The position numbers and the translations under genes were made by a program. This document shows, in pieces, positions 11,848 to 20,988 of a stretch of 63,001 nt of DNA. Numbering within the stretch: the stretch's first letter is position 1; the number at the start of each line of letters is the position of its first letter. Where the stretch lies: assembly GCA_964558005.1 (NCBI GenBank), contig CAZLCO010000004.1, forward strand, positions 1-63,001, read 5' to 3'. Under the pieces are notes generated by a model. That model did not search any database. It saw nothing but the letters and a program-made list of their open reading frames with translations, and was not told the DNA's origin. This DNA comes from an uncultured Gammaproteobacteria bacterium (GTDB taxonomy: Bacteria > Cyanobacteriota > Vampirovibrionia > Gastranaerophilales > UBA9971).

Positions 11848-11893
11848 AAAGAAAATACACCGGTGAAATAAGCTAATACAGTAAATAGGAGAG

Positions 11894-13276
11894 ATGGAAA
11901 TGAACAAAAAACTCAAAACCGCCGTCCTGGTTGGGACAATGCTCGCAGGCTTATCTTTTATGATACCTGTGAGCGCAGAAAGCATTGCATTGAGCGAACT
12001 ATACAATTACTCGCTCGAAAACATAAAACCTTCAGAAAAGGTTAAAGCCATTGATAAAAACCACTGGGCATACAAAACCCTGCAAAACATAAGCGAAAAC
12101 TACGGATTGCTTATAGGAGAACCCGAAAAAAAGTTTGACACAAAAGCACCACTATCAAGAAACGAGGCGGCTATTATCCTGGTTAACCTTGTAGGCCAGA
12201 TTGAAAAGAAGAATTTAAAACTTAGTGCAGCGGAAAAAGCAAGAATTGAAATACTGGAACAGGAGTTTATGAGCGAAATCAACCGCCTGGAAGCAGACAT
12301 AGCTGTTTTAAAAGGCAAGGTCGCAAAACTTGAAGACAGGAATAAAACTCTCATCGGTACCGCCTATGGCGAAGACTTTAAGATTACAGGCGGAGTTCGT
12401 GCGCTTTTTAACGGAAACATCAACTCGGGTACACCGATGACAGACTCTTCCAATTTCAGCCTGCCCTACAGCGAAGTGCGGCTTACAGGCAAGCTGGCCG
12501 AACACGTTAGCTATAGAGCTCTGGCAGTTCCCGGCAGGAACTTTACCAGCTCGGCAAATGGCATTCTCGACGATTTATACGTTAGCACAGATATAATACC
12601 AAATCACGAAGTCCAGCTCGGGCAGATATGGCTCCCGTTTGGGCTGGAAGCGCCAATGTACAACCTTGATATCGACTTTATAAACTATTCGCAGATATCC
12701 AGAAACCTCGGGCAGGGCCTTGATACCGGCACTCAGATAATTGGTGATTGGGGTTTTGTGAACTATACCGCCGGGGTGTATAACGGCGTCGGCCAGAACG
12801 CTACAGACAACAATCACGGACTCGGCTATGCGTCACAGCTTAACTTAAAACCTTTCCATAACCACCCGGAATTTGGAGATTTAATGATAGGTGGAAGCCA
12901 TCTTGTTAGCGAAAATTCTACCAACCACCTTGACGGTATTGGCGGACACGTTAGTTATGACATAGGCAAATTCGGAATGAACTTTGAATATTTAAACCTT
13001 GACGGGCTGGACACTACTGCCCTGAACAAAGGTGAAGGCTTTTACGCTGATTTGATGTACAGGTTTAATGACAAACTCACTCTTTTAACAAGGTATGACC
13101 AGTTCAACCCCACAATAGGCGTGGGAAGTGACAGAAGAAACGAGTATGTGCTGGGCGCAAACTATATGTTAACTGACAATGTTATGCTAATGGTCAATTA
13201 TACTTACGCTGCCAGGCAACTTGCGACAGAAAGCGACAGCAGCAGGCTCGGATTAATGACACAGGTATTATTTTAG
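11894..13276 (+). CDS. SLH-domain outer-membrane porin
   Basis: Signal peptide; HWAYKTL..LSRNEAA SLH-like motif; coiled coil; beta-barrel ending in Phe (QVLF). Confidence 0.8.
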   Translation: MEMNKKLKTAVLVGTMLAGLSFMIPVSAESIALSELYNYSLENIKPSEKVKAIDKNHWAYKTLQNISENYGLLIGEPEKKFDTKAPLSRNEAAIILVNLVGQIEKKNLKLSAAEKARIEILEQEFMSEINRLEADIAVLKGKVAKLEDRNKTLIGTAYGEDFKITGGVRALFNGNINSGTPMTDSSNFSLPYSEVRLTGKLAEHVSYRALAVPGRNFTSSANGILDDLYVSTDIIPNHEVQLGQIWLPFGLEAPMYNLDIDFINYSQISRNLGQGLDTGTQIIGDWGFVNYTAGVYNGVGQNATDNNHGLGYASQLNLKPFHNHPEFGDLMIGGSHLVSENSTNHLDGIGGHVSYDIGKFGMNFEYLNLDGLDTTALNKGEGFYADLMYRFNDKLTLLTRYDQFNPTIGVGSDRRNEYVLGANYMLTDNVMLMVNYTYAARQLATESDSSRLGLMTQVLF

Positions 13277-13299
13277 ATAGATAAAAAGGAGAAATAATT

Positions 13300-14493
13300 A
13301 TGGAACCAGTAGTTTCAACAATTGACAAAGGCGATACAGCCTGGCTTTTAGTTTCAACAGCTCTTGTAATGCTTATGACACCGGGGCTTGCGCTGTTCTA
13401 TGGCGGAATGGTCAGGAGCAAAAACATTCTGGGTACAGTTATGCAAAGTTTTGTCGCTCTTGGAGTAGTAACCATAGTCTGGGTGCTCTGGGGCTACAGC
13501 CTCGCCTTCGGTACAGACATCGGCTCGTTCATTGGCGGATTTGATTACATCGGTCTTAAAGGAGTAGGTATGGAGCCCGGGCCTTACAGCGCTACAGTCC
13601 CGCACTATTTGTTTATGGCCTTCCAGCTGATGTTTGCCATCCTTACACCGGCGCTTATCACCGGTGCCTTCGCTGAAAGGTTTAAATTCAGCACATATTT
13701 GGTTTTTCTTGTAATCTGGGTAACAGTCGTATATTGTCCGCTGGCTCACTGGGTCTGGGGCGGAGGCTGGATTGGCGCAAAACTCGGCGCTCTTGACTTT
13801 GCGGGTGGACTTGTTGTGCATATTTCTTCAGGTGCGGCAGCCCTTGCAGCGGCTATTATAGTGGGAAAAAGAAAAGGATACGGCGAACTGGCAATGCCCC
13901 CGCATAACCTTGTACTAACCCTGTTAGGAGCGGCTTTATTGTGGTTTGGCTGGTTCGGGTTTAATGCAGGTAGTGCACTTGCCGCTGACGGACTTGCCGC
14001 CAGCGCATTTATCGTAACTCATATTGCAACAGCGGCAGCACTTTTATCCTGGATATTTGGCGAATGGATTTATAAGAAAAAGCCCACCGCTCTTGGTGCA
14101 GCATCAGGAGCAGTGGCAGGTCTGGTCGCTATTACGCCGGCAGCAGGATTTGTCGGCCCTATGGCCGCTATTGCGATCGGCGCGGCAGCAGGCATTTTGT
14201 GTTATATAGCAGTGAATTTCAAAACTATCATGGGTTATGATGATTCCCTTGATGTAGTAGGCGTACACGGTGTCGGCGGTACATGGGGAGCCATTGCCAC
14301 AGGGATATTTGCCGCATCTGCAAGCCTCGGAGCTCAGGTTATAAGCGTTATAGCCTCATGGGCATTTGCGTTTATTTTAACTGCTATAATACTTAAAGTG
14401 CTCGATATGACAATGGGCCTGAGGGTAACCGAAGAAGGCGAAAATATGGGTCTTGACCTCTGTGAGCACGGAGAAAGAGGATATAGTAGTTAA
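13300..14493 (+). CDS. amtB: Ammonium transporter
   Basis: GDTAWLLVSTALV..TPGLALFYGG, HWVWG, DFAGGLVVH, WFGWFGFNAGS. Confidence 0.98.
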   Translation: MEPVVSTIDKGDTAWLLVSTALVMLMTPGLALFYGGMVRSKNILGTVMQSFVALGVVTIVWVLWGYSLAFGTDIGSFIGGFDYIGLKGVGMEPGPYSATVPHYLFMAFQLMFAILTPALITGAFAERFKFSTYLVFLVIWVTVVYCPLAHWVWGGGWIGAKLGALDFAGGLVVHISSGAAALAAAIIVGKRKGYGELAMPPHNLVLTLLGAALLWFGWFGFNAGSALAADGLAASAFIVTHIATAAALLSWIFGEWIYKKKPTALGAASGAVAGLVAITPAAGFVGPMAAIAIGAAAGILCYIAVNFKTIMGYDDSLDVVGVHGVGGTWGAIATGIFAASASLGAQVISVIASWAFAFILTAIILKVLDMTMGLRVTEEGENMGLDLCEHGERGYSS

Positions 14494-14498
14494 TCCCC

Positions 14499-14556
14499 TG
14501 TCATTCCGGGTCAAGCCCTGAATCTCAGGAGATTCTGAATCAAGTTCAGAATGACA
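14499..14556. repeat. 58-bp TGTCA...TGACA palindromic intergenic repeat, copy 1
   Basis: Terminal IR TGTCATTC/GAATGACA with internal hairpins; similar to 24232-24289. Confidence 0.8.
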
Positions 14557-14567
14557 TAAGATAATAA

Positions 14568-14918
<351 letters not shown>

Positions 14919-14935
14919 TTCTCACTCAAACGCTG

Positions 14936-14967
14936 ATAACCCTCTCTTACGGGAGGGTTATTTTTTT
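14936..14967 (+). terminator. Intrinsic terminator after glnB
   Basis: ATAACCCTCTC-TTAC-GGGAGGGTTAT followed by a T tract. Confidence 0.8.
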
Positions 14968-15392
14968 AACCTTTGTATCCTCTGCTTTACATCAGTAAAA
15001 CGCGCAGCTCCTGGCACTTTATCCAGAAATTTTTCATATGCTTCAATAGCATCTCTGTTTCTGCCCTGTTTTTCAAGAATTAAGCCCAGATTATAATAAA
15101 CCTGAGTATAATCAGGCCGTAATTCAAGTACTTTTGTTATAGCCGCATTTGCATTATCATACTTTTCAAGTTCTCTATAAGCGATGGAAAGCCCCAAATA
15201 AGCTTCGTAAAAACCCGGCTTTTTCTCTATTGCGAGTTTGTATAAAGTTACAGCTTCCTGCATATTGCCGGATGTAAGGCTTAAATTTGCTTTGTAATAA
15301 TACTGTTCAGCACTTTCTGAAAAAGTAGGCTGAATAGCTAACAATATATTAAATATAAGGCATAAAGCCAATAATAAAAAAGATTTTTTCAT
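14958..15392 (-). CDS. Exported TPR protein
   Basis: Signal peptide plus TPR repeats. Confidence 0.85.
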   Translation of the reverse strand: MKKSFLLLALCLIFNILLAIQPTFSESAEQYYYKANLSLTSGNMQEAVTLYKLAIEKKPGFYEAYLGLSIAYRELEKYDNANAAITKVLELRPDYTQVYYNLGLILEKQGRNRDAIEAYEKFLDKVPGAARFTDVKQRIQRLKK

Positions 15393-15431
15393 ATTAATAA
15401 TTATACAATTATTAATATGGTTTTTCAGTAT

Positions 15432-15641
15432 TTATTTATTAAGAGAAATTTTCCCTTTTTCGTCAAAACTAATTTGACCTTCTTTAGCGAGCCAGCCAAT
15501 CCCCAAAGCAGCTTCTTCTTTTTTAAGTTCCGTATTTTTAGCCAGAGCGGTAAGTGTAACAGGCTTATTGCCGTTATCATTAAGGCTATTCCATACCTTG
15601 CCTGCAAATTCACCAATATTCATCATTTGTGCTGTTGTCAT
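15432..15641 (-). CDS. Small winged-helix protein (DUF2582-like)
   Basis: IGEFAGKVWNSL...ALGIGWLAKEGQI; ATG 15641 preferred as start. Confidence 0.75.
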   Translation of the reverse strand: MTTAQMMNIGEFAGKVWNSLNDNGNKPVTLTALAKNTELKKEEAALGIGWLAKEGQISFDEKGKISLNK

Positions 15642-15775
15642 CTTTTTTCTCCTCTCTAAACACAAAATAAATATACAATTAAGAGTTTTAAGTGTCAATA
15701 TGACTACCTTTTTAGCCATTATAACAATATAAATCCAGCCATATTGGTATAAAATGATAAAAAAGGATAAACAAA

Positions 15776-16663
15776 TTGAAAAAAAATACAGAAACCCTTC
15801 TAATATTTGTCAACCCGGAATTTGACCAGCGTATACCCTGCGGTATAAGCAGGATTTACAGAATATTTTCTAAAAAATACAAATATAATATTGAAATAAT
15901 TAATGAAGAATTTCTGAAAACAAATAAACCGGACAAAAACGGCCCGCAAGTCCTTGTAGTAGCAGGCGGTGACGGCACTTTCCACTATATGTTGAACCTT
16001 ATTCCTGAAAATGTAATTGAAAATTATATTTTTGGAGTAATACCGGCCGGCACAGCCAATGAATTCGCAAAATCGCTTAACCTGCCTATTTTACTTGAAG
16101 AAGCAGCGGAAGTTATCGCTCAAAAAAGAAGAATAATTACTCAGAAGCCTGGAATTATTAATAAAAAATACAAATTTGTTACCGGCTTTTTATATGGCAT
16201 TGCATGCAAAGTCCTGTTAGAAACCCCTCCGCGCGCAAAACATTTTTTAGGGAATTATGCATACCAACTGCCGGGACTGTTTTCTTTTTCTGATTATCAA
16301 ATATTTGTTAAAAAATTTGCCTTTGATTCACAGGAATTTTCCACCGGATATCTGTTAATAAATTGTGCCAGCCTTGCAAGCAAAGGAGTTTTCCCCGATG
16401 AATTAAAAAATGAAGATAAAAAACTTTTTTCTATAGTTTATATTGGCCCTGAGCTAAAATTTGGAGATTTTTTAAGGCTTGTGATAGAGAACCAGACTGG
16501 TGAAAATATTTTACACGATGAGTCTATTTTTTACCGACAGATAAACGATTTTAAACTTTGTTTTGACGGCGAAATCAAATTTATGCTGGACGGGGAAGTA
16601 TACAGCATGGTTTCCCCAATAGAATTTGAACATTGCGAGCAATGTATTAAAGTTATTGTTTGA
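15776..16663 (+). CDS. Diacylglycerol kinase family lipid kinase
   Basis: VAGGDGT, IPAGTANEFA, DGE motifs. Confidence 0.85.
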   Translation: MKKNTETLLIFVNPEFDQRIPCGISRIYRIFSKKYKYNIEIINEEFLKTNKPDKNGPQVLVVAGGDGTFHYMLNLIPENVIENYIFGVIPAGTANEFAKSLNLPILLEEAAEVIAQKRRIITQKPGIINKKYKFVTGFLYGIACKVLLETPPRAKHFLGNYAYQLPGLFSFSDYQIFVKKFAFDSQEFSTGYLLINCASLASKGVFPDELKNEDKKLFSIVYIGPELKFGDFLRLVIENQTGENILHDESIFYRQINDFKLCFDGEIKFMLDGEVYSMVSPIEFEHCEQCIKVIV

Positions 16664-16687
16664 TTTTGAAATGTTATAATCTTAACC

Positions 16688-18445
16688 ATGAAAAGAATAA
16701 AACAGCTGCCTGAAAACCTTATAAATCAGATAGCCGCCGGGGAAGCCATCGAAAGACCGGCCTCCATCGTAAAGGAACTTGCGGAAAATTCCATTGACGC
16801 TGGCGCAACAAAGATAGAAATAGAAATTTCTAACGCCGCAAGAGATATCAGAGTAGCGGACAATGGCAGCGGTATTCATAAAGACGACATTTTGCTCGCT
16901 TTTTCCCGTCACGCAACAAGCAAAATAGAAAAACAAAAGGATTTATGGTCAATAAAAACTATGGGTTTTCGGGGCGAGGCTCTTTCAAGCATAATTTCGG
17001 TGGCGAAAGTCACCTGCACAACCCGCACACCTGATGCTGAAAACGGCATAAAAGTAAAATGCGAAAACTCACAGGTGAGTTTCTCGGAAACCGGCTGCAC
17101 AACAGGCACAACAATGGACGTAAAAGATCTGTTTTATAACGTGCCCGCAAGGCTAAAGTTTCTTAAAAAGGCCCATACGGAACTTGCGGCCATATCGGAA
17201 GTCGTACAGAGCCTTGCTATAGCAAACCCGGCCATTGCTTTTACCCTGATAAATAACAGGAACACAATATTAAAAACGACCGGCACCAATGACCTCGCTA
17301 CAGTAATAGGAGAGGTTTATTCCCGGGAAATAATCGCCAACCTCGAGGAAGTCCAAAAGGAAGACGAGCAGTTCGGCCTGCTGGTAAGAGGATTTGCGAG
17401 TAACCCTGACCTTGTAAGGTCGAACAAAAAAGGCATTTATACTTTTGTGAATGGCAGGACAGTAAAATGCCCGGTTATTTTAAAAGCAATAGACACCGCA
17501 TACAGCGACATGATACCCTCCGGGCGTTACCCGTATGTTATTTTAAGCGTTAATATCCCGCCGGAGGAGGTAGATGTTAATGTTCACCCGACAAAAAAGG
17601 AAGTAAAATACGTAAAAGCCAACCTGGTGTTTAATTTTGTTTATTCAGCAATTAAAGCAGCCCTTGAAACGCGAAAAACCGCAGGGTGCGCAATGACTAC
17701 CAGTATTGATTCAGGTGCGCATTGCACACCTTACTACCAACCCACTCAAGTAATACAGTTCCCTCAAAATATATCTGCTGAAAATAAAAATGAAATTACA
17801 TTAGAGGCAGACGATATACAGGAAGTTAGTTATAAAGCTCCTGTACAAAGCAGTTTTGAAATAGAGCATGACGCTTACGGCATGTTCGCCCAAAAACCCA
17901 AAATCATCGGTCAGCTGTATAACACTTATATTCTTATCCAGGCAGATGAAGGCCTGCAAATTATAGACCAGCATATAGCGCACGAGCGGTATTTATATGA
18001 ACAGCTTAAATACGAGAATAAAAATATAGCTTCCCAGCTGCTGCTTGTGTCTGAAGCAATAGAAATTGAGCCGGAACAGTTATCATTGTTTGAAGAAAAC
18101 GCTGAATTGCTCGCTAAATACGGTTACGAAATCGAATTAAGCCAAAATGGTCTCAGGCTAAAGCGTATCCCGCAAATAGTGGCGGAAAAAGATCCGCAAA
18201 AAATAGTTGCTGACCTGCTGGAGGCTTTTGAATCAAGCCCTGAAACAATAGAAAATGAACTACAAATGCGTACAGCCTGCCTTTCTGCGGTAAAGGCGGG
18301 AGAAAGGCTTACCATAACGCAAATGGAAGAGCTGATAATAAACTGGCAGAAAACATCTTATCCGAGGACCTGCCCACATGGAAGAAAAATAGCCCACCTG
18401 ATTCCCACACATGAAATAGCAGGATTTTTTGGTCGGCAGGTATAA
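16688..18445 (+). CDS. mutL: DNA mismatch repair endonuclease MutL
   Basis: IAAGE.IERPAS.VKEL.ENSIDAGA, GFRGEAL, DQHIAHER, CPHGR. Confidence 0.98.
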   Translation: MKRIKQLPENLINQIAAGEAIERPASIVKELAENSIDAGATKIEIEISNAARDIRVADNGSGIHKDDILLAFSRHATSKIEKQKDLWSIKTMGFRGEALSSIISVAKVTCTTRTPDAENGIKVKCENSQVSFSETGCTTGTTMDVKDLFYNVPARLKFLKKAHTELAAISEVVQSLAIANPAIAFTLINNRNTILKTTGTNDLATVIGEVYSREIIANLEEVQKEDEQFGLLVRGFASNPDLVRSNKKGIYTFVNGRTVKCPVILKAIDTAYSDMIPSGRYPYVILSVNIPPEEVDVNVHPTKKEVKYVKANLVFNFVYSAIKAALETRKTAGCAMTTSIDSGAHCTPYYQPTQVIQFPQNISAENKNEITLEADDIQEVSYKAPVQSSFEIEHDAYGMFAQKPKIIGQLYNTYILIQADEGLQIIDQHIAHERYLYEQLKYENKNIASQLLLVSEAIEIEPEQLSLFEENAELLAKYGYEIELSQNGLRLKRIPQIVAEKDPQKIVADLLEAFESSPETIENELQMRTACLSAVKAGERLTITQMEELIINWQKTSYPRTCPHGRKIAHLIPTHEIAGFFGRQV

Positions 18446-18466
18446 TAGAAAGTGCAGGAGTAAATA

Positions 18467-19189
18467 ATGAATTCTATTGATTCTATATTTGAAGTAAAAA
18501 GCATTAATAAAGAAGGGTTTGAACTGTACAACCTCGTCAATGAGAAAACATACAAGGCAAACAGCCAGATAAAAATGGTAAACTACAGGCGAGTGTTTAA
18601 GGGCAATTTTCTTGTCTGCAAATTAATCAAAAATGAAAAAGATTGGCTTTTGTCCAACATCCAGAGTGTTGTTCCGACTACCAGAGTAATAGAGGCATAC
18701 AGGGCCGCTGTTTCCATGCAGATGAAAAACCCGGAATTACTGTATGCTGATAACAAAGAAAAACATAAAGAAATAAAAGAAAATGTTAAAGTTTTAGGCG
18801 GGAAATATAAAGAATTTTTCAAAACTGAAGAAGTTTATACCACAAAAGAAAATATTAACGGCCTGCTGGCAGTTTTTAACGATTTTGTCGAAGGAGGGGA
18901 AAAGGCCGATTATGAGGAGTTCACAGAAAGCGAAGAAAAAGCTGAAGTTATAGTTTCTTTTGATGAAAAAAAAGGGCTCATTACCACATCAAAAGGCAAA
19001 CAAGAAGATGACAGCGGTAAAGAATTCTCTGTTACTACTATATTGTACTCTTCAAACGCCTTTGAAAAACTGATGGAACTCTCCGAACAATCGTCCAAAC
19101 CCTTACAGGGTAAAGAACAAAAAATAGGTAGAAACGATCTCTGTATTTGCGGCAGCGGAAAAAAGTACAAAAAGTGCTGTATGCAGTAG
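18467..19189 (+). CDS. SEC-C motif protein
   Basis: C-terminal GRNDLCICGSGKKYKKCC. Confidence 0.8.
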   Translation: MNSIDSIFEVKSINKEGFELYNLVNEKTYKANSQIKMVNYRRVFKGNFLVCKLIKNEKDWLLSNIQSVVPTTRVIEAYRAAVSMQMKNPELLYADNKEKHKEIKENVKVLGGKYKEFFKTEEVYTTKENINGLLAVFNDFVEGGEKADYEEFTESEEKAEVIVSFDEKKGLITTSKGKQEDDSGKEFSVTTILYSSNAFEKLMELSEQSSKPLQGKEQKIGRNDLCICGSGKKYKKCCMQ

Positions 19190-19239
19190 TTTTAGCTGCT
19201 TAAATATTTTTTCTAAAAAATTTTTTTTTATTTTTACTA

Positions 19240-19295
19240 GCAATTTTTTCATGCTTTTTGTTTTTATATAAATACAAAGGTAAAGGTGAGAGAAA
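19240..19295 (+). promoter_or_regulatory. Duplicated upstream/promoter block, copy A (GCAATT-N19-TATATA)
   Basis: Near-identical to 20051-20100. Confidence 0.6.
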
Positions 19296-19424
19296 ATTTT
19301 ATATTGAAAGGTAGTGAAAGGTAAAAGAGATTTATTAGTTCATTTATTCTAATGCCCGCACAGGGTATTCGGCATTAAAATTTACACAGTCTAACTAACT
19401 ATTGAGAAAGGAATAGGGGTATTA

Positions 19425-19568
19425 ATGAACCAAAATTACAGTTTTGCGGAAAATCCGTATGCGCAAATGTATATGGAAATGGAAAAACAGTATAGGGATA
19501 TAGCGGGTCAAATTGGCGTTAATAGTCAGTTTGCTGAAAAAAGCCCTGAGGCATTTATTGATTTCTAA
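19425..19568 (+). CDS. Small protein, 47 aa (not in ORF track)
   Basis: AGGGGT RBS; MNQNYSFAENPYAQMYMEMEKQYRDIAGQIGVNSQFAEKSPEAFIDF. Confidence 0.55.
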   Translation: MNQNYSFAENPYAQMYMEMEKQYRDIAGQIGVNSQFAEKSPEAFIDF

Positions 19569-19696
19569 TCATCATATGCTGACAGTAAGGACATAAGCAT
19601 ATTTGCCTGCGTTTAATTGTAAAAATAAAAAGATAAAACCGAATAAAAATAAAGGGAAATAACGTAAAGGAAAAAAGAGAGGAAAAGGAGGACATT

Positions 19697-19960
19697 ATGG
19701 GTTTTTTAAAGGAAAAAAGAGGGACAACAAAAAGAGCTGAATTTTTAGGAGCAGTAGGAGCAATAGTAGGAGCAGTAAGTACAGTTAAAGGAGCAGTAGA
19801 CTCAATGAAAGGCAGTAAAGCAAAAGCTTCTTCAGCGCAGGCTGCACAACCTGCACAACCTGCACAACAAGTGCCCCAAGCAGGTAAAGGAAATGAACCG
19901 TCAATTTTTATGGCTATTCCTCAACAACATGCAGAAACTGTAATAAAGATAATTACATAA
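19697..19960 (+). CDS. Hypothetical protein with MGFLKEKRGxxxRAEFL leader (paralog 1)
   Basis: AGGAGG RBS; N-terminus shared with 20260..20901. Confidence 0.75.
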   Translation: MGFLKEKRGTTKRAEFLGAVGAIVGAVSTVKGAVDSMKGSKAKASSAQAAQPAQPAQQVPQAGKGNEPSIFMAIPQQHAETVIKIIT

Positions 19961-19981
19961 CAAAATAATTTTAAGATAACT

Positions 19982-20018
19982 AAAAGAGCTGTCCTCAAAG
20001 AAAAGGGCGGCTCTTTTT
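19982..20018 (+). terminator. Intrinsic terminator
   Basis: AAAAGAGCTGTCCT...AGGGCGGCTCTTTTT. Confidence 0.7.
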
Positions 20019-20050
20019 GATATTTAATCTTGAAAAATTTTTTTCAGCTA

Positions 20051-20100
20051 GCAATTCTTTAATGTCTTTTGTTTTTATATAGATACAGAGGTAAAGAGAA
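20051..20100 (+). promoter_or_regulatory. Duplicated upstream/promoter block, copy B (GCAATT-N19-TATATA)
   Basis: Near-identical to 19240-19295. Confidence 0.6.
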
Positions 20101-20259
20101 AGAGATTTATAGTTTTTCATTTATTTTTGGGTAAAAGGTAAATAAATAAAACCAGCTGTTCATGAGGGGTATGAGCCGGAGCTGGGGGAGATTTAACAGT
20201 TTTACTAACATTGTGAATTGAAATTTGAGGTAGAGAGAAAAAGAGGAGAGGTATCAGAT

Positions 20260-20901
20260 ATGAGTTTTTTAAAGGAAAAAAGAGGCGTGCATAGCAGAGC
20301 CGAGTTTCTGGATTCAATAGGAAAAACTATAAATAACGTTGGCAATATTATAGGAGTCCAGCAGGTGAAAAATGGGATGGAATCCCTGACTAGGAAAAGT
20401 AATACTGCAGGCAGAATGCAATCTTCAAGCGGCGGGGCGGCAGCAAATAACACAGGCGCTAAAATAGAAAAACAAGAATCAATAGCAAGAGGAATTTTAA
20501 ATAATAACGGTATTAATCCAACACCGGAAAATATTGCGGCATTATTTGATAAAGCGACCCAACTGGCTATGAATAACGGAACAAAAGAACCGGGCTATCC
20601 TGAATTGTCCATGGCCGCTAAAATGATGGCCCAAGGTCCGGGCGGTGCCACCGGACAAAAGTCAGCAGGCCAGGCTTCATCCGGAACGGGAGGAACCAGC
20701 GGCCTTGGCAGTGTGGCCGGAACTGCCAGTAAAGCTATAAGTGGTGCAATAAACTCTCTGAAAAAAGAAAACACGCCTGCTCCGAACACATCAGGCACAG
20801 ACTGGGGTTTTAAGTATAATGGAGCAGAAAAAGTCAGGTTACAAAAAGAAGATAATAATTTATTTGCATACCACGATAGCATTAATGAATTTAAAAAATA
20901 A
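20260..20901 (+). CDS. Hypothetical low-complexity protein with MSFLKEKRGxxxRAEFL leader (paralog 2)
   Basis: GAGGAGAGGT RBS; ATG 20260 is in frame with track ORF 20218..20901 and aligns with the paralog 1 start. Confidence 0.75.
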   Translation: MSFLKEKRGVHSRAEFLDSIGKTINNVGNIIGVQQVKNGMESLTRKSNTAGRMQSSSGGAAANNTGAKIEKQESIARGILNNNGINPTPENIAALFDKATQLAMNNGTKEPGYPELSMAAKMMAQGPGGATGQKSAGQASSGTGGTSGLGSVAGTASKAISGAINSLKKENTPAPNTSGTDWGFKYNGAEKVRLQKEDNNLFAYHDSINEFKK

Positions 20902-20911
20902 TATTTTTAAA

Positions 20912-20944
20912 AAAGAGGGCTGGCTTTTATAGCCAGCCCTCTTT
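20912..20944. terminator. Intrinsic terminator
   Basis: AAAGAGGGCTGGCT/AGCCAGCCCTCTTT, 14-bp IR. Confidence 0.8.
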
Positions 20945-20988
20945 AAAATGTTTTAAACTTTTATCTTTACAGGTTCGATAATAAAAAT

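Noticed and set aside
19697-19760. Tat or type IV prepilin signal in the RAEFL leader
   Set aside because: No twin-arginine at the RRxFL spacing; no hydrophobic stretch or +5 Glu after KRG.
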